Source: Planctomycetota bacterium
GTDB taxonomy: Bacteria > Planctomycetota > B15-G4
DNA length: 64,000 bases
Assembly: GCA_965248575.1 (NCBI GenBank)
Contig: CBDFJQ010000002.1
Coordinates: forward strand, 3,872,001-3,936,000
Direction of reading: 5' to 3'
This document shows, piece by piece, positions 1-9,114 of the stretch. Positions within the stretch are counted from its first letter, which is position 1, and every line of letters starts with the position of its first letter. Made by a program: the position numbers and the translations under genes. The notes under the pieces are model-generated. The model saw only the letters and a program-made list of their open reading frames with translations. It did not search any database and was not told the DNA's origin.

Positions 1-493
1 ATGGGTTTGCAGCGAGCCAGCCATGACCATCGATATCTATCCCACCGTCGCGCGCCTGCTGGGCGTCAGCCTCGAAGGACAGTTGCCCATTGATGGCTTG
101 GACATCTGGCCGTTGATGGCCGGGTACGAGGGAGCCGAGTCCCCGCACGAGGCCCTGTTCTTCTACTACGGAAGGAACGACCTCGAAGCGGTGCGGGTCG
201 GGTCATGGAAGATGCACTTCGCCCACGGTTACCGATCGATGGAAGGGCGCGAGTCGGGCGCCGCTGGCATCCCCGGGAAGTACGACTACGATCGCCGGAT
301 CGGGGATCGCATCGGTGTCGAGCTGTTTGACCTGGCATCGGACCCGGGCGAACGCACAGACGTCTCGCGCGGCCAGATGGAGCTGATGAAGGCCTTGGTG
401 GTGCCCACCGATGCCATGCGCCGGGAGCTGGGCGACAAGCTCACGGGCGTGGTTGGTGACGGTCGCCGCAAGCCCGGGCGGATCCGGGACTAG
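1..493 (+). CDS. Sulfatase (arylsulfatase-like), C-terminal part; 5' end lies outside the window
   Basis: The frame is open from the window start. It carries typical sulfatase C-terminal motifs: IDIYPT, IDGLDIWPL, AVRVGSWK and ELFDLASDPGE. Confidence 0.85.
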   Translation, partial: WVCSEPAMTIDIYPTVARLLGVSLEGQLPIDGLDIWPLMAGYEGAESPHEALFFYYGRNDLEAVRVGSWKMHFAHGYRSMEGRESGAAGIPGKYDYDRRIGDRIGVELFDLASDPGERTDVSRGQMELMKALVVPTDAMRRELGDKLTGVVGDGRRKPGRIRD

Positions 494-3400
494 AGCCTTC
501 CGACGTACTCGATCAGGTCGCGCATTTCCGCCCGACTGAGGCCGGCAGCGAGGCCTTCGGGCATGGCCGAGATGCCGGGGCGCCGTTCCAGGACGTGGCT
601 CTCCAGGTGTTCCGTCACCTTGCCGTCGGCGTCCTGCAGATGCAGCGTGATCTCTCCGTTTTCATCGACGCTCTCTTCGATGATGCGGCCGGAGAGGATG
701 CGGCCATCGTCGAGCACCAGCTTCATGGCGCCGTAGCCGGGCGCGATGCGCCGGTTCGGGTCGAGCAGCGCCTCCAGGATCTGGAGTCGCGAGAGACGAC
801 CGCCGACCCCGTCGAGGTCGGGGCCCACGGCGGTGGTTCCCTCGGGAGCTTCGTGACAGCGAATGCATTGCATCTGGGTGAGCTCGAAGACCTCCCTGCC
901 GCGCTCTGTGTCGCCGCCGAACAGGCAGTCGAGCCATGGGTCGAGCAGGGCGTCGGCCCCAAAGCGCTCGCGGTGGCGAGCCAAGAGCAAGTCCACTGAA
1001 GGTGAGGAACGCTCCTCGGCCGCGAGCACCAGGTCCAAGACGAGCTCGGCGGGGTACGCACCCGAGGCCAGTCGGCGCAGCTCGTTGGCGATCCATTCCT
1101 CCGCCCGGTCGTCGTCGGCGTCGCGCAGGATGCGGAGGGCCATGCGTTGCTCGGGGACCTCGCCTTCCGCCAGCAAGCCCGGCAGGCGAGGCATGGCGTC
1201 GGTGAGCGAGAGGCCCTTCAGGGCCCCCAGCGCGGCCGCGCGCAGGGACGGGTCCCGGGCTTCGAAGGCATGGGCCACCACATCTTCGAGCATCGGCGGT
1301 TCCATCACTTCGAGCGCTTCCAACGCGGCGATACGCGCATCCACGCCGAAGTCGTCGTTGTCGACGATGAGCGCCAGCCGGTCCATGAGCTCCTGCGGCA
1401 TGGCTTGCAACCTTGCCCGGGCGGCGTCTTGCTCGTCCTTGGTTCCACCCTCTGCCAACTGCCGCGCGAGCGTGGACCAGGCCGTGAGCACTTCGTCAGG
1501 GGTGTCGTCTTCGGCCATCTGGCTCAGGGCGAGTGCCAGCTCGAGTACGAAGTCGTCGGCGCGTTCGGCCAAGGGCCAGTGGAAGCCGGTCAGGCGGTCG
1601 AGGGGTTTCGGCTGCGCCCAGATGCCCAGCAGATCCACGGCTTCGGCCCGGAGCTCCGCTGCGACGCTTTCCCTGCGAGCGAGCCAGACGAGGTTGCGGG
1701 CACGATCCTCGCCGCCAAGCCGGTAGGCAGCGTTCATGGCGCGGCGCCAGAGCAGCGTGTGGTCCAGTTCGAGATCCAGCTCCTCGGCCTCCAGGCCGAA
1801 GCGGCGGTGCCACGCGTCATCCAGCAGGTGGTCCGCGAGCACAGGCAAGGCCGCAGCAACGGGGCCGTCGTGAATGGCTCGAGCAGCTTCGTGGACGATC
1901 TGGGGTTGTGGGTCATCCAGGAAACGGGAGAGGCCCGAGCTGGCGCGGCGGCGCATGACAAGCAGGGCGGCCATGCGCACATGCGGGTTCTCGTCGCGTG
2001 CGAGTTCGTCCAGGCGGCCTGTGCCCACGCACCCGTCGAGTCCCATGACTGCGGCGTGTCGAAGCATCGGATCGCTGTCGCCGACTTCGCCCGCAAGTTG
2101 GACCAGGCCGTCCACGGCGCCGGTCAGACTCAGCCGACCGCAGGCCAAGGCTGCCTGAAAGCGGACGCGTGGAGCCTCGTCACTGAGGCCGGCCAGGGCG
2201 ACCCCTGCGGCGGCGGGCTCACGCAAATCGCCCAGCGTCTTGAGGGCTTGTGCCCGCACCTCGCCGGTGCGATCCGAGGCAACGGCCAGCAGCACGTCCA
2301 CGGCTGCGGCACGCTGCGATTCGTCGCGGCGGGCGAGGACCCCCAAGCCCCAGACCGCGTGCAGCGTGGGCAGTTCGGTCCGATCAAGGCTCGCGGGAGC
2401 GTCTGCAGTTCCGGTGGGTTGGGTTGCCTCGTGGTCGGCGCGGGCCACGAGCGCCAGGGCGGCGAAGCCCTTGACGCCGCGCTTGGTGAGTTCGAGCTGG
2501 GCCTCGAGACGCACCCGGCTGTCAGCGTGGGAGAGGTACTCGGCCAACTTGTCTGCGGGATGGGCACGCATGCCTTGCCCCAACAGCTCCGCTGTCTCGC
2601 GAGCTTGGCCGGCTCGGTCCGAGTCCTGGTCTGTTTCGCTCAGGCGATACACCCGACCCTTGCCCGTCTTGCTCCAACTGGCGACCCAGTCACTCACGTA
2701 GAGCGCGCCATCGGGGCCGAACTCGCAGTCCGTGGCGAGCAAGCCCCAGAGGGCCTGGACGGCCTCGCCCATGTGGAAGCCAGCTCCTTCGGGACGCATG
2801 GGGAAGGCGTACACACCACTCCCACTCTGGGTGCCCTGGAAGTCACACAGGAAGAAGTGGTCGCTGAACTTCTCGGAGAGCGCTGTCCCGGGTTCGTGGG
2901 TCATGCCCGAGGGGCCGGCCGTCAGATGGCCTGCCGGCGGTAGGAGAAAGGCCGGCTGTTCGGCATGCCAGCTGTGCCAGCGCTTCTCGGAGTTCCAGAA
3001 GCCTGCGCCCGACACCCATTGGTAGGGACCTCGCCAACCGGTGTCGCCGCCTTCGACGATCTGCACGATGCGGGCGCGGTCGCCGTTGTCGGCATTGTTG
3101 TCGCCTGTGAACAGGTCCCCAAAGTCGTTGAAGGCCAGTTCCTGCGGGTTGCGCAGGCCGATGTGGACGATCTCCAATTGGCTCCCGTCCGGTTCGCAGC
3201 GCAGCACCGCACCGGTGTTGGGCAACAGCAGTTGGCCCTCGGGCGTGGTGACGTTCAGGCCGCGATCACCGATGGAGAAGTAGAGACGTCCATCCGGGCC
3301 GAGCCGCAAGCCATGCAGGTCGTGGCCCAGGTATCCGATGCGGACGCCGTAGCCCTCACTGAGCACCTGGCGTTCGTTGGCCACGCCGTTGCCGTTCGTA

Positions 3401-4032
3401 TCGCGCAGGGACCAGAGCGCCGGGATGCAGGTGTAGAGGACCTCGCCGTGGCGCGCCAAGAGACCGGCGCCGATTCCCACGGCCGGTTGGGCGAAGCCGT
3501 CGGCATAGACGCTGGCGCTGTCCGCCGTGCCATCCCGGTCGGTGTCCACGAGGCGCTTGATGCGTTCGTGTTCATCGTCCATCGCATCGAATTCCGAACC
3601 GAGCATGCGCTTCATGAGTTCGACGCGCTGCTGCACCGATTGGGATGCGAAGTCGTCTGCGAGCCACTTGGTGTACTCGCGGATGTCGAGCACTCCGTCG
3701 GTATGCCGGAAGGTCTCACCGACGTAGAGTGCGCCCTGCTCATCCAGGGTGATGCAGACCGGGTTCGCGAGCAGGGGTTCCGCAGCCCAGAGCCGGACGT
3801 CGAGGCCGCGAGCCACGTCGAAATCAGCGATGGCGGCGGTGCCCTCGTCGGAAGCCTGTTCGACCGTGGGGGAGTAGTCACCCTCATCGGCGTTGGCGCC
3901 GGCGGCTGGAACACCCGTTGCTTCGGGGCTCGCGTCCTGCGTGGCAGCGGTTTCGGTTGCCAGGCAGAGAGCGAGCGCCATGGCGAATGCCACGCGGCCG
4001 ATGGCGGTTGCCGTCCTAACTGAGTTCCGCAC
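490..4032 (-). CDS. PVC-type putative membrane-bound dehydrogenase with beta-propeller, HEAT repeats and C-terminal c-type heme domain
   Basis: Signal peptide; WAAEPLLANP, GLRNPQELAFND and GPDGALYVSDW propeller motifs; HEAT-like helical repeats; C-terminal CIRCH followed by VGPDL and SAMPEGL. Confidence 0.85.
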   Translation of the reverse strand: MRNSVRTATAIGRVAFAMALALCLATETAATQDASPEATGVPAAGANADEGDYSPTVEQASDEGTAAIADFDVARGLDVRLWAAEPLLANPVCITLDEQGALYVGETFRHTDGVLDIREYTKWLADDFASQSVQQRVELMKRMLGSEFDAMDDEHERIKRLVDTDRDGTADSASVYADGFAQPAVGIGAGLLARHGEVLYTCIPALWSLRDTNGNGVANERQVLSEGYGVRIGYLGHDLHGLRLGPDGRLYFSIGDRGLNVTTPEGQLLLPNTGAVLRCEPDGSQLEIVHIGLRNPQELAFNDFGDLFTGDNNADNGDRARIVQIVEGGDTGWRGPYQWVSGAGFWNSEKRWHSWHAEQPAFLLPPAGHLTAGPSGMTHEPGTALSEKFSDHFFLCDFQGTQSGSGVYAFPMRPEGAGFHMGEAVQALWGLLATDCEFGPDGALYVSDWVASWSKTGKGRVYRLSETDQDSDRAGQARETAELLGQGMRAHPADKLAEYLSHADSRVRLEAQLELTKRGVKGFAALALVARADHEATQPTGTADAPASLDRTELPTLHAVWGLGVLARRDESQRAAAVDVLLAVASDRTGEVRAQALKTLGDLREPAAAGVALAGLSDEAPRVRFQAALACGRLSLTGAVDGLVQLAGEVGDSDPMLRHAAVMGLDGCVGTGRLDELARDENPHVRMAALLVMRRRASSGLSRFLDDPQPQIVHEAARAIHDGPVAAALPVLADHLLDDAWHRRFGLEAEELDLELDHTLLWRRAMNAAYRLGGEDRARNLVWLARRESVAAELRAEAVDLLGIWAQPKPLDRLTGFHWPLAERADDFVLELALALSQMAEDDTPDEVLTAWSTLARQLAEGGTKDEQDAARARLQAMPQELMDRLALIVDNDDFGVDARIAALEALEVMEPPMLEDVVAHAFEARDPSLRAAALGALKGLSLTDAMPRLPGLLAEGEVPEQRMALRILRDADDDRAEEWIANELRRLASGAYPAELVLDLVLAAEERSSPSVDLLLARHRERFGADALLDPWLDCLFGGDTERGREVFELTQMQCIRCHEAPEGTTAVGPDLDGVGGRLSRLQILEALLDPNRRIAPGYGAMKLVLDDGRILSGRIIEESVDENGEITLHLQDADGKVTEHLESHVLERRPGISAMPEGLAAGLSRAEMRDLIEYVGRL

Positions 4033-5047
4033 GGACCTTCTCCAACAGGGACTTCGTGGCCTTGATGCCGTCTTCTTCCGGGAGTCGACTGCCTTCGTAC
4101 TCGATGCCCACGAAGCCGTGGTAGCCAGCAGCCTGGACGAGCTTCAGCATGCGCAAGAAGTCGATGCTGGTCTCTGAGCCGTCGGCATCGAAGTCATAAG
4201 ACTTGGCGCTGACCGCCTTCGCGTAGGGCATGAGCTCTTCCACACCGAGGTATCGGTCGTACTCCCGGGTCGCGTCGATGCGGAAGTTGCCGAAGTCCGG
4301 CAAGGTGCCCACCCCCGGGTGGTCCGCAGCTTGCATGACGCTCGCCAGCCAGCCGCCATCGGAGGAGAGGCCTCCATGGTTCTCGACGATGACGTGGATG
4401 CCGTAGGGCTCTCCGTAGTCGGCCAGCTGGTGCAGGGAATCGGCAGCCCGATCACGCATGGCGTCAGGTTCGCCGCTGCCCGCGGCGTTCACGCGAATGG
4501 CATGGCAGCCCAGGAAGGAGGCCGCGGCGATCCATTTGAGGTGATTCCGGATGGCCGTGCGCCGTGCAGCCTGATCGGGATGGGCGAGCTCGCCCTCACC
4601 GTCGATCATGATCAGCAGGCTGCGCACATCGTGTTGGATGGCCTGCGCCTTGAGTTCGCTCAGGTAGTCGAAGTCGGTGGCGCGGTCCTTGAAGAAGGCG
4701 TTGACGTACTCGATGGCGTGGATGCCAAGGCCCTTGGCGGTCCGGGCAAAGTCCAATGCAGACATGCGGCCCTCGAAGTGGGCGCGATGCAGGGACCATT
4801 GGGCCAGGGAGATCTCGAAGGAAGCTTCTTCGCTCCGGGCGGCAGATGTCTGTGAAGCCTCCTGTGGAGCGGAAGCCGCGCCGCTCGCGACGGTTGCCGA
4901 CGCCCAGGGGCTGAACGCCAGGCCCGCACCGGTGAGCGCCGTCGCCTTCAGGAACCCTCGTCGCGACGAGTGCGTGTCAGGAGGGGCGCCCTGGGACGCA
5001 GAGCGCGGACTCGAGGGGCGCAGCGGATCGGTCGAAGCTGAAGGCAT
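4016..5047 (-). CDS. Tat-exported sugar-phosphate isomerase/epimerase (xylose isomerase-like TIM barrel)
   Basis: Tat motif SRRGFLK; ISLAQWSLHR, VENHGGLSS, LPDFGNF and GIEYEG motifs. Start trimmed to the ATG at 5047. Confidence 0.85.
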   Translation of the reverse strand: MPSASTDPLRPSSPRSASQGAPPDTHSSRRGFLKATALTGAGLAFSPWASATVASGAASAPQEASQTSAARSEEASFEISLAQWSLHRAHFEGRMSALDFARTAKGLGIHAIEYVNAFFKDRATDFDYLSELKAQAIQHDVRSLLIMIDGEGELAHPDQAARRTAIRNHLKWIAAASFLGCHAIRVNAAGSGEPDAMRDRAADSLHQLADYGEPYGIHVIVENHGGLSSDGGWLASVMQAADHPGVGTLPDFGNFRIDATREYDRYLGVEELMPYAKAVSAKSYDFDADGSETSIDFLRMLKLVQAAGYHGFVGIEYEGSRLPEEDGIKATKSLLEKVRAELS

Positions 5048-5178
5048 GGTGGCTCCACGTGCTCCCCACACCCGGCGTCGGATGGGAGCCTGCGCAGCGT
5101 TGCGTAGGCTGGCCGGGAGCGGGGGCGCGCATGATACCCCCGAGACCAGCCTACGCAGCGCGTCGAGCCTTGCCGCTT

Positions 5179-6327
5179 CTAGAAGCCCTTCTGCCAACCC
5201 AGGGTCAGTGTGCGATCCACTTCCAGCTGCGGGCCATGCAAGCGCTGGTAGACGGGGAGGCCGAACTCGAAGGAGAAGCGATGTCCAGTGAAAGCGCCTT
5301 CCGTGCCCTGAAGATTCATGCCGAGGAAGACATCTGTGCGCTCCCCACCCTGACGGGAGGCGTCAGCGGTGGGGACGATGGTGGGTGAAAGGTCCGGATC
5401 GTCGCCACGGATGTCGTTGCGGATGGAGTGCGCGACGCGCAAGGAGACGCTGGCGGACTCATCCAAGGCGTGGGCCACCCAGCCCGTGACATTGGCTGAT
5501 GTACCCCGGGCATAGTGGTTGCTGTTGCGGCTCAGGTGGAACCTCAGCTGCGCCTGCGCGCCCCAGGACCAGTGCTCCGACGCGGCGCTGTAGGTCACGC
5601 CCGGCATGAGGTCGTAGGTGCCGGTGCCCAACTGCATGGGGTAGGGCAGGATGACGCCCTTGCCGGCCGAGGCGGGCGTGACGTCCTTCTTGTCGATGCC
5701 GCCCGTGGGTAGGCTCAAGCCCAGCTGCACGTGGACGTGTTCGTTGTCCTCCTCGTGGACGCGGAACATGCCGCCCACGGTGACGTCGCCCAGGCCCTCG
5801 GCTTCCGTCTTGAAGCGCACGCCGGTGCCGGTGACGTGGTTCATTCTGTTCTCGACCCACGGCACCATCAACATCACGGTCAGGTCGTCGCTGGGGGCGT
5901 ACATGCTGTGGATCATGGTCATGTCCATGTCCATTTCCGTCGGGGAGACGGGGAAGCCCTTCGCGTTGTTCTGAGCGGGAGTGATGCTGCTCGTGCGATC
6001 CCGGAGCCCGTCCATGTGCATGGACATGTGGCTGATGCCAACCATCCATTCCCCTTCCCGGTGCATGTGATTGAAGAGCACACCCATGGGGCCGTGGGCG
6101 TCGGGCCGTGCGGTGTAGCCGTCCTTGCTGCAGCAGGAGAGGAGTTCACCGTCGGAGCCTGCATGCTCGTCAGCATGGGCTGAGCCACGGTTCACGTTTC
6201 CCGAGGCGATGGTGCCCATGGGGAGCCGGTCGAGGCGTAGGGAGGGTCCACGGCCCAGTTGTGCGTGAGCGATGGGAGCACAGACAGCGAGCAACGTGAC
6301 GGTCGTGAGAAGAGCAGATCGGATCAT
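5179..6327 (-). CDS. Met/His-rich outer-membrane beta-barrel ('transporter'/MetA-pathway-like), possibly copper related
   Basis: Signal peptide; alternating amphipathic strands; C-terminal Phe (LGWQKGF); Met/His tracts NHMH, HMSMHMDG and EMDMDMTMIHSM; GLGDV and MQLGTGTYD motifs. Confidence 0.7.
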   Translation of the reverse strand: MIRSALLTTVTLLAVCAPIAHAQLGRGPSLRLDRLPMGTIASGNVNRGSAHADEHAGSDGELLSCCSKDGYTARPDAHGPMGVLFNHMHREGEWMVGISHMSMHMDGLRDRTSSITPAQNNAKGFPVSPTEMDMDMTMIHSMYAPSDDLTVMLMVPWVENRMNHVTGTGVRFKTEAEGLGDVTVGGMFRVHEEDNEHVHVQLGLSLPTGGIDKKDVTPASAGKGVILPYPMQLGTGTYDLMPGVTYSAASEHWSWGAQAQLRFHLSRNSNHYARGTSANVTGWVAHALDESASVSLRVAHSIRNDIRGDDPDLSPTIVPTADASRQGGERTDVFLGMNLQGTEGAFTGHRFSFEFGLPVYQRLHGPQLEVDRTLTLGWQKGF

Positions 6328-6590
6328 GACGAGTTATCGAGGGCTGATATGGAGATGGCGCGCGCTGGCTACCATCGAGAAGAATGTAGTGCGGGCGGAC
6401 TGCGCCAAGAAGGCCACAATCCGCCCGCGGGTCCAGCGCCCACTTGGCCGAGGCCAAGTGGTCAACCGGCGGCGAAGTCGAGCCGGTTGATTCCGAGACG
6501 GACGCAGACACCGAGGAATCGGAGCCAGGAACCAGAAGCCCACGCGACAAGGGCAGTCGCCGCGCCGTCCGCTACATCGCCGCCGAAAAC
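6328..6590 (-). promoter_or_regulatory. Structured intergenic leader between the uORF and the barrel gene
   Basis: Inverted repeats at 6441-6449/6452-6460 (9 bp), 6462-6470/6482-6490 (9 bp) and 6391-6402/6417-6428 (12 bp, with a G-U pair only on the minus strand). Confidence 0.5.
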
Positions 6591-7004
6591 TCAGCTGCGG
6601 GGCGGAGGCACGGGCGGCCGCTGTTTGCGGCTGTCCGGCGTGTACGTCTCGGAGACGCCTGGCGTGTTGAGCAGGGCCATTTCGACCAGCACCACGTCGG
6701 CCCACTCGGTCTGCAACGGGCCGGCCGGCGAGGCTGGCGCGCTGCGCGGAGCGGGCGGGGTGCAGCCGAAGCCACTGACGAGCTTGTTGAACCCTGTCAC
6801 GGAGCCGGTGGGGCTGGTCTCGCAACAACAGCTGGGTTCCGCTGAAGGTGGGCAGCCGCACATGTCAACGCAGCTCACGGACCCGTCAGATGCTCCGACA
6901 CCCATGGACGCGGGAAGCACCGGCTGGAAACTGCCCAGCAGGGACAGCGCCAAAGCCAGGTAGGCGACGTACTTCGAGAAGAGTGTAAGCGTGGTCTCGG
7001 ACAT
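6591..7004 (-). CDS. Small Cys-rich protein with N-terminal signal and C-terminal Pro-rich tail (CutF/DUF2946-like putative regulatory uORF)
   Basis: Hydrophobic N-terminus (YVAYLALALSLLGSF), CVDMCGC and SCCC cluster, C-terminus RPPVPPPRS. It lies directly upstream of the Met-rich barrel gene. Confidence 0.6.
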   Translation of the reverse strand: MSETTLTLFSKYVAYLALALSLLGSFQPVLPASMGVGASDGSVSCVDMCGCPPSAEPSCCCETSPTGSVTGFNKLVSGFGCTPPAPRSAPASPAGPLQTEWADVVLVEMALLNTPGVSETYTPDSRKQRPPVPPPRS

Positions 7005-7084
7005 GTCGGCTCGAAAGTGTATCGCGAATCCGTTTCAAACGGCCACGCTTGTTCAGCAGTCCATCTTGTGGAGAGCCCTGACTC

Positions 7085-7822
7085 ATGAACGAGACCCTGA
7101 AGATCATGGCGCGCCACCGAAGCGTGCGTGCCTACCGCCCCGACCCGGTCCCCGACGCCGAGATCCGCAGAGCCGTGCAAGCGGCCCAGCAGGCTGCCAC
7201 CTCCAGCTGGATCCAGGCCTATTCCTTGCTTCAGGTCGAGGATCGGGAGGAGCGCCGACAATTGGTCGAGCTGACGGGTGGGCAGGAGCAAGTCGCTGCT
7301 GCGGGGGCTTTCTTCGTGATCGCCGCGGACGTACGCCGGCATCGGCGTGTCGCTGAGCGGCTCAAGAAGCCGTATTCGAGCAACCTGGAGACCTTCCTGT
7401 TGGCCGTCGTGGACGCCAGTCTGTTTGCACAGAACCTCACCCTGGCCTTCGAGTCCATGGGTTACGGCACCTGCTACATCGGTGGGCTGAGGACGCGCCT
7501 GCCGGAGGTCGATCGCCTGTTGGAGATCCCCAATGGGGTCTGGCCGCTCTTCGGCTTGTGCGTGGGGACGCCCGACCCCGGCCATCCGACGGGCGTGCGC
7601 CCGCGCTTGCCGGTGGAGGCGGTCTGGATGAAGGGCCGCTACGCCGAGCAGGCCAGCATGGACGTGTTCATCGATGAGCACGATCGGCGGGCGTCCGAGC
7701 ACTATGCCGAGCGGGGATTGCCCGGACGCAACTGGACCGGCGGCATCTGGCGCAAATTCGCCAAGCCGGTGCGAGAGCATCTCCACGCCTACTACACGAG
7801 CAAGGGAGCGGAGCTCAGGTAG
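7085..7822 (+). CDS. NADPH-dependent nitroreductase/flavin reductase, NfsA/NfrA family
   Basis: HRSVRAY, QAATSSWIQAYS, VDASLFAQN, GYGTCYIGGLR and RPRLP motifs. Confidence 0.9.
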   Translation: MNETLKIMARHRSVRAYRPDPVPDAEIRRAVQAAQQAATSSWIQAYSLLQVEDREERRQLVELTGGQEQVAAAGAFFVIAADVRRHRRVAERLKKPYSSNLETFLLAVVDASLFAQNLTLAFESMGYGTCYIGGLRTRLPEVDRLLEIPNGVWPLFGLCVGTPDPGHPTGVRPRLPVEAVWMKGRYAEQASMDVFIDEHDRRASEHYAERGLPGRNWTGGIWRKFAKPVREHLHAYYTSKGAELR

Positions 7823-7896
7823 GGCAGCCTGCCCTGGATGTCACTCACTCCCCTATGATGGCGGCCCGTTTGTTCCCTCTCTCTTCATGCGCACCC

Positions 7897-9114
7897 ATGC
7901 TCGCACTCCTAGCTTCGCTCCTGGTGGTCCTCAGAGCCTCGGTCCTTTCAGCCGGGGTCGTCTTGGCTGGCAGCTCCGATCCCCAGGCGGTTGCAGTCCT
8001 GGAGAAGGCGCGCGCGGCTTTCCGCGCCGTTCCGCAGATCCAGTATTCGTTCCGGTTGAGCAACTCGGGGACGGCCGCAGCCCAAACGGCTGCAATCGAT
8101 GGCATGGTGCGTTTGCTACCAACTGATGAACGGGGAGGCCCCTACCACTTCATGGCAGGCACCCTCACGTCGTCAGACCAAGAGCAGCCGCCACTTGAGT
8201 TCACCGTCGGTCGGATTGGCAGTCTCTACCAGGTGGCGAACCGTGAAGAGCGCGTGCTGATGCTGGCCTCTGGCGAAGAGGTCGGTTCACAGATGATCAG
8301 CTTCACGGATCCCATCCTGATCGAGAACTTCATCATCACCTCGCCCCTGGGTGTGGCCGGCGAGGGGGAGACGGTGTCTCTGGCTGGGACCGCGACCGTG
8401 GCTGGCGAGCTGTGCGACATCCTCGTGATCCCCGGCAAGCAAGGCGTGATCGCCCGCTGGTTCTTCGCCCGTTCCGATTCGCTGCCGAGAGCCGTGGAGC
8501 GGGATGTCCGGACCAGTGCTGGTGCGGGAGTGGTGCGCCTGGACATCCACTCCTTGATCACGACCGGTGAGCTGCAGCCCGAGGACTTCAAGCTGAGGGC
8601 GCCCGCAGGTTGGAGGACGGTCGACGTGAACGCCTTGAACGTGTCCCCCTTCGCGACGCCCGCGCCGCGCCGCATGCCGGACGGGTTGCTCATGCGCGGT
8701 GAGCAGGCGCCCGACTTCAAACTCTCCACCCCTGGCGGCGAGCAAGTGTCCTTGAATGACCTGCGCGGCGAGGTGGTGGTCTTGGACTTCTGGGCCACGT
8801 GGTGCCCTCCCTGCCGGAAAGCCATGCCCCACGTGCAGGCCCTGCACGAGGCCTACTCTGGTCAGGACGTGCGCGTGATCGGTGTCAGCACCAGCGAGCG
8901 TGGCGGTGACCCGGCACGCATGATGGCGAAGAAGGGCTTCGAGTACGGGCTGCTCCTGAAGGGGGAGCGGGTCGCTCCCATCTATGGCGTGACGGCCCTG
9001 CCGACTTTCTACGTGATCGACAAGGCCGGCGTCGTCGTGCATGCCTCCCGCGGTTTCAGCTCCCACGAGGAGAAGTCGATTCGTGCCACCATCGATGCCG
9101 CCCTTGCCCGCTGA
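7897..9114 (+). CDS. Exported TlpA/ResA-like thiol-disulfide oxidoreductase with an N-terminal LolA-like region
   Basis: Signal peptide; C-terminal APDFKL...VVVLDFWATWCPPC...GVTALPTFYVID. The start is uncertain (7855 or 7897). The LolA-like call is an inference. Confidence 0.8.
   Translation: MLALLASLLVVLRASVLSAGVVLAGSSDPQAVAVLEKARAAFRAVPQIQYSFRLSNSGTAAAQTAAIDGMVRLLPTDERGGPYHFMAGTLTSSDQEQPPLEFTVGRIGSLYQVANREERVLMLASGEEVGSQMISFTDPILIENFIITSPLGVAGEGETVSLAGTATVAGELCDILVIPGKQGVIARWFFARSDSLPRAVERDVRTSAGAGVVRLDIHSLITTGELQPEDFKLRAPAGWRTVDVNALNVSPFATPAPRRMPDGLLMRGEQAPDFKLSTPGGEQVSLNDLRGEVVVLDFWATWCPPCRKAMPHVQALHEAYSGQDVRVIGVSTSERGGDPARMMAKKGFEYGLLLKGERVAPIYGVTALPTFYVIDKAGVVVHASRGFSSHEEKSIRATIDAALAR

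Noticed and set aside
1147..2943. 598-aa plus-strand ORF, and similar long ORFs at 40659..42128, 44813..46432, 46665..48128 and 55712..57157
   Set aside because: Antisense shadows of well-supported genes; expected in high-GC DNA and carrying no motifs.
7030..7042. Palindrome CCGTTT-C-AAACGG between the uORF and the nitroreductase gene
   Set aside because: Short, single and with no adjacent regulator; it could be chance.
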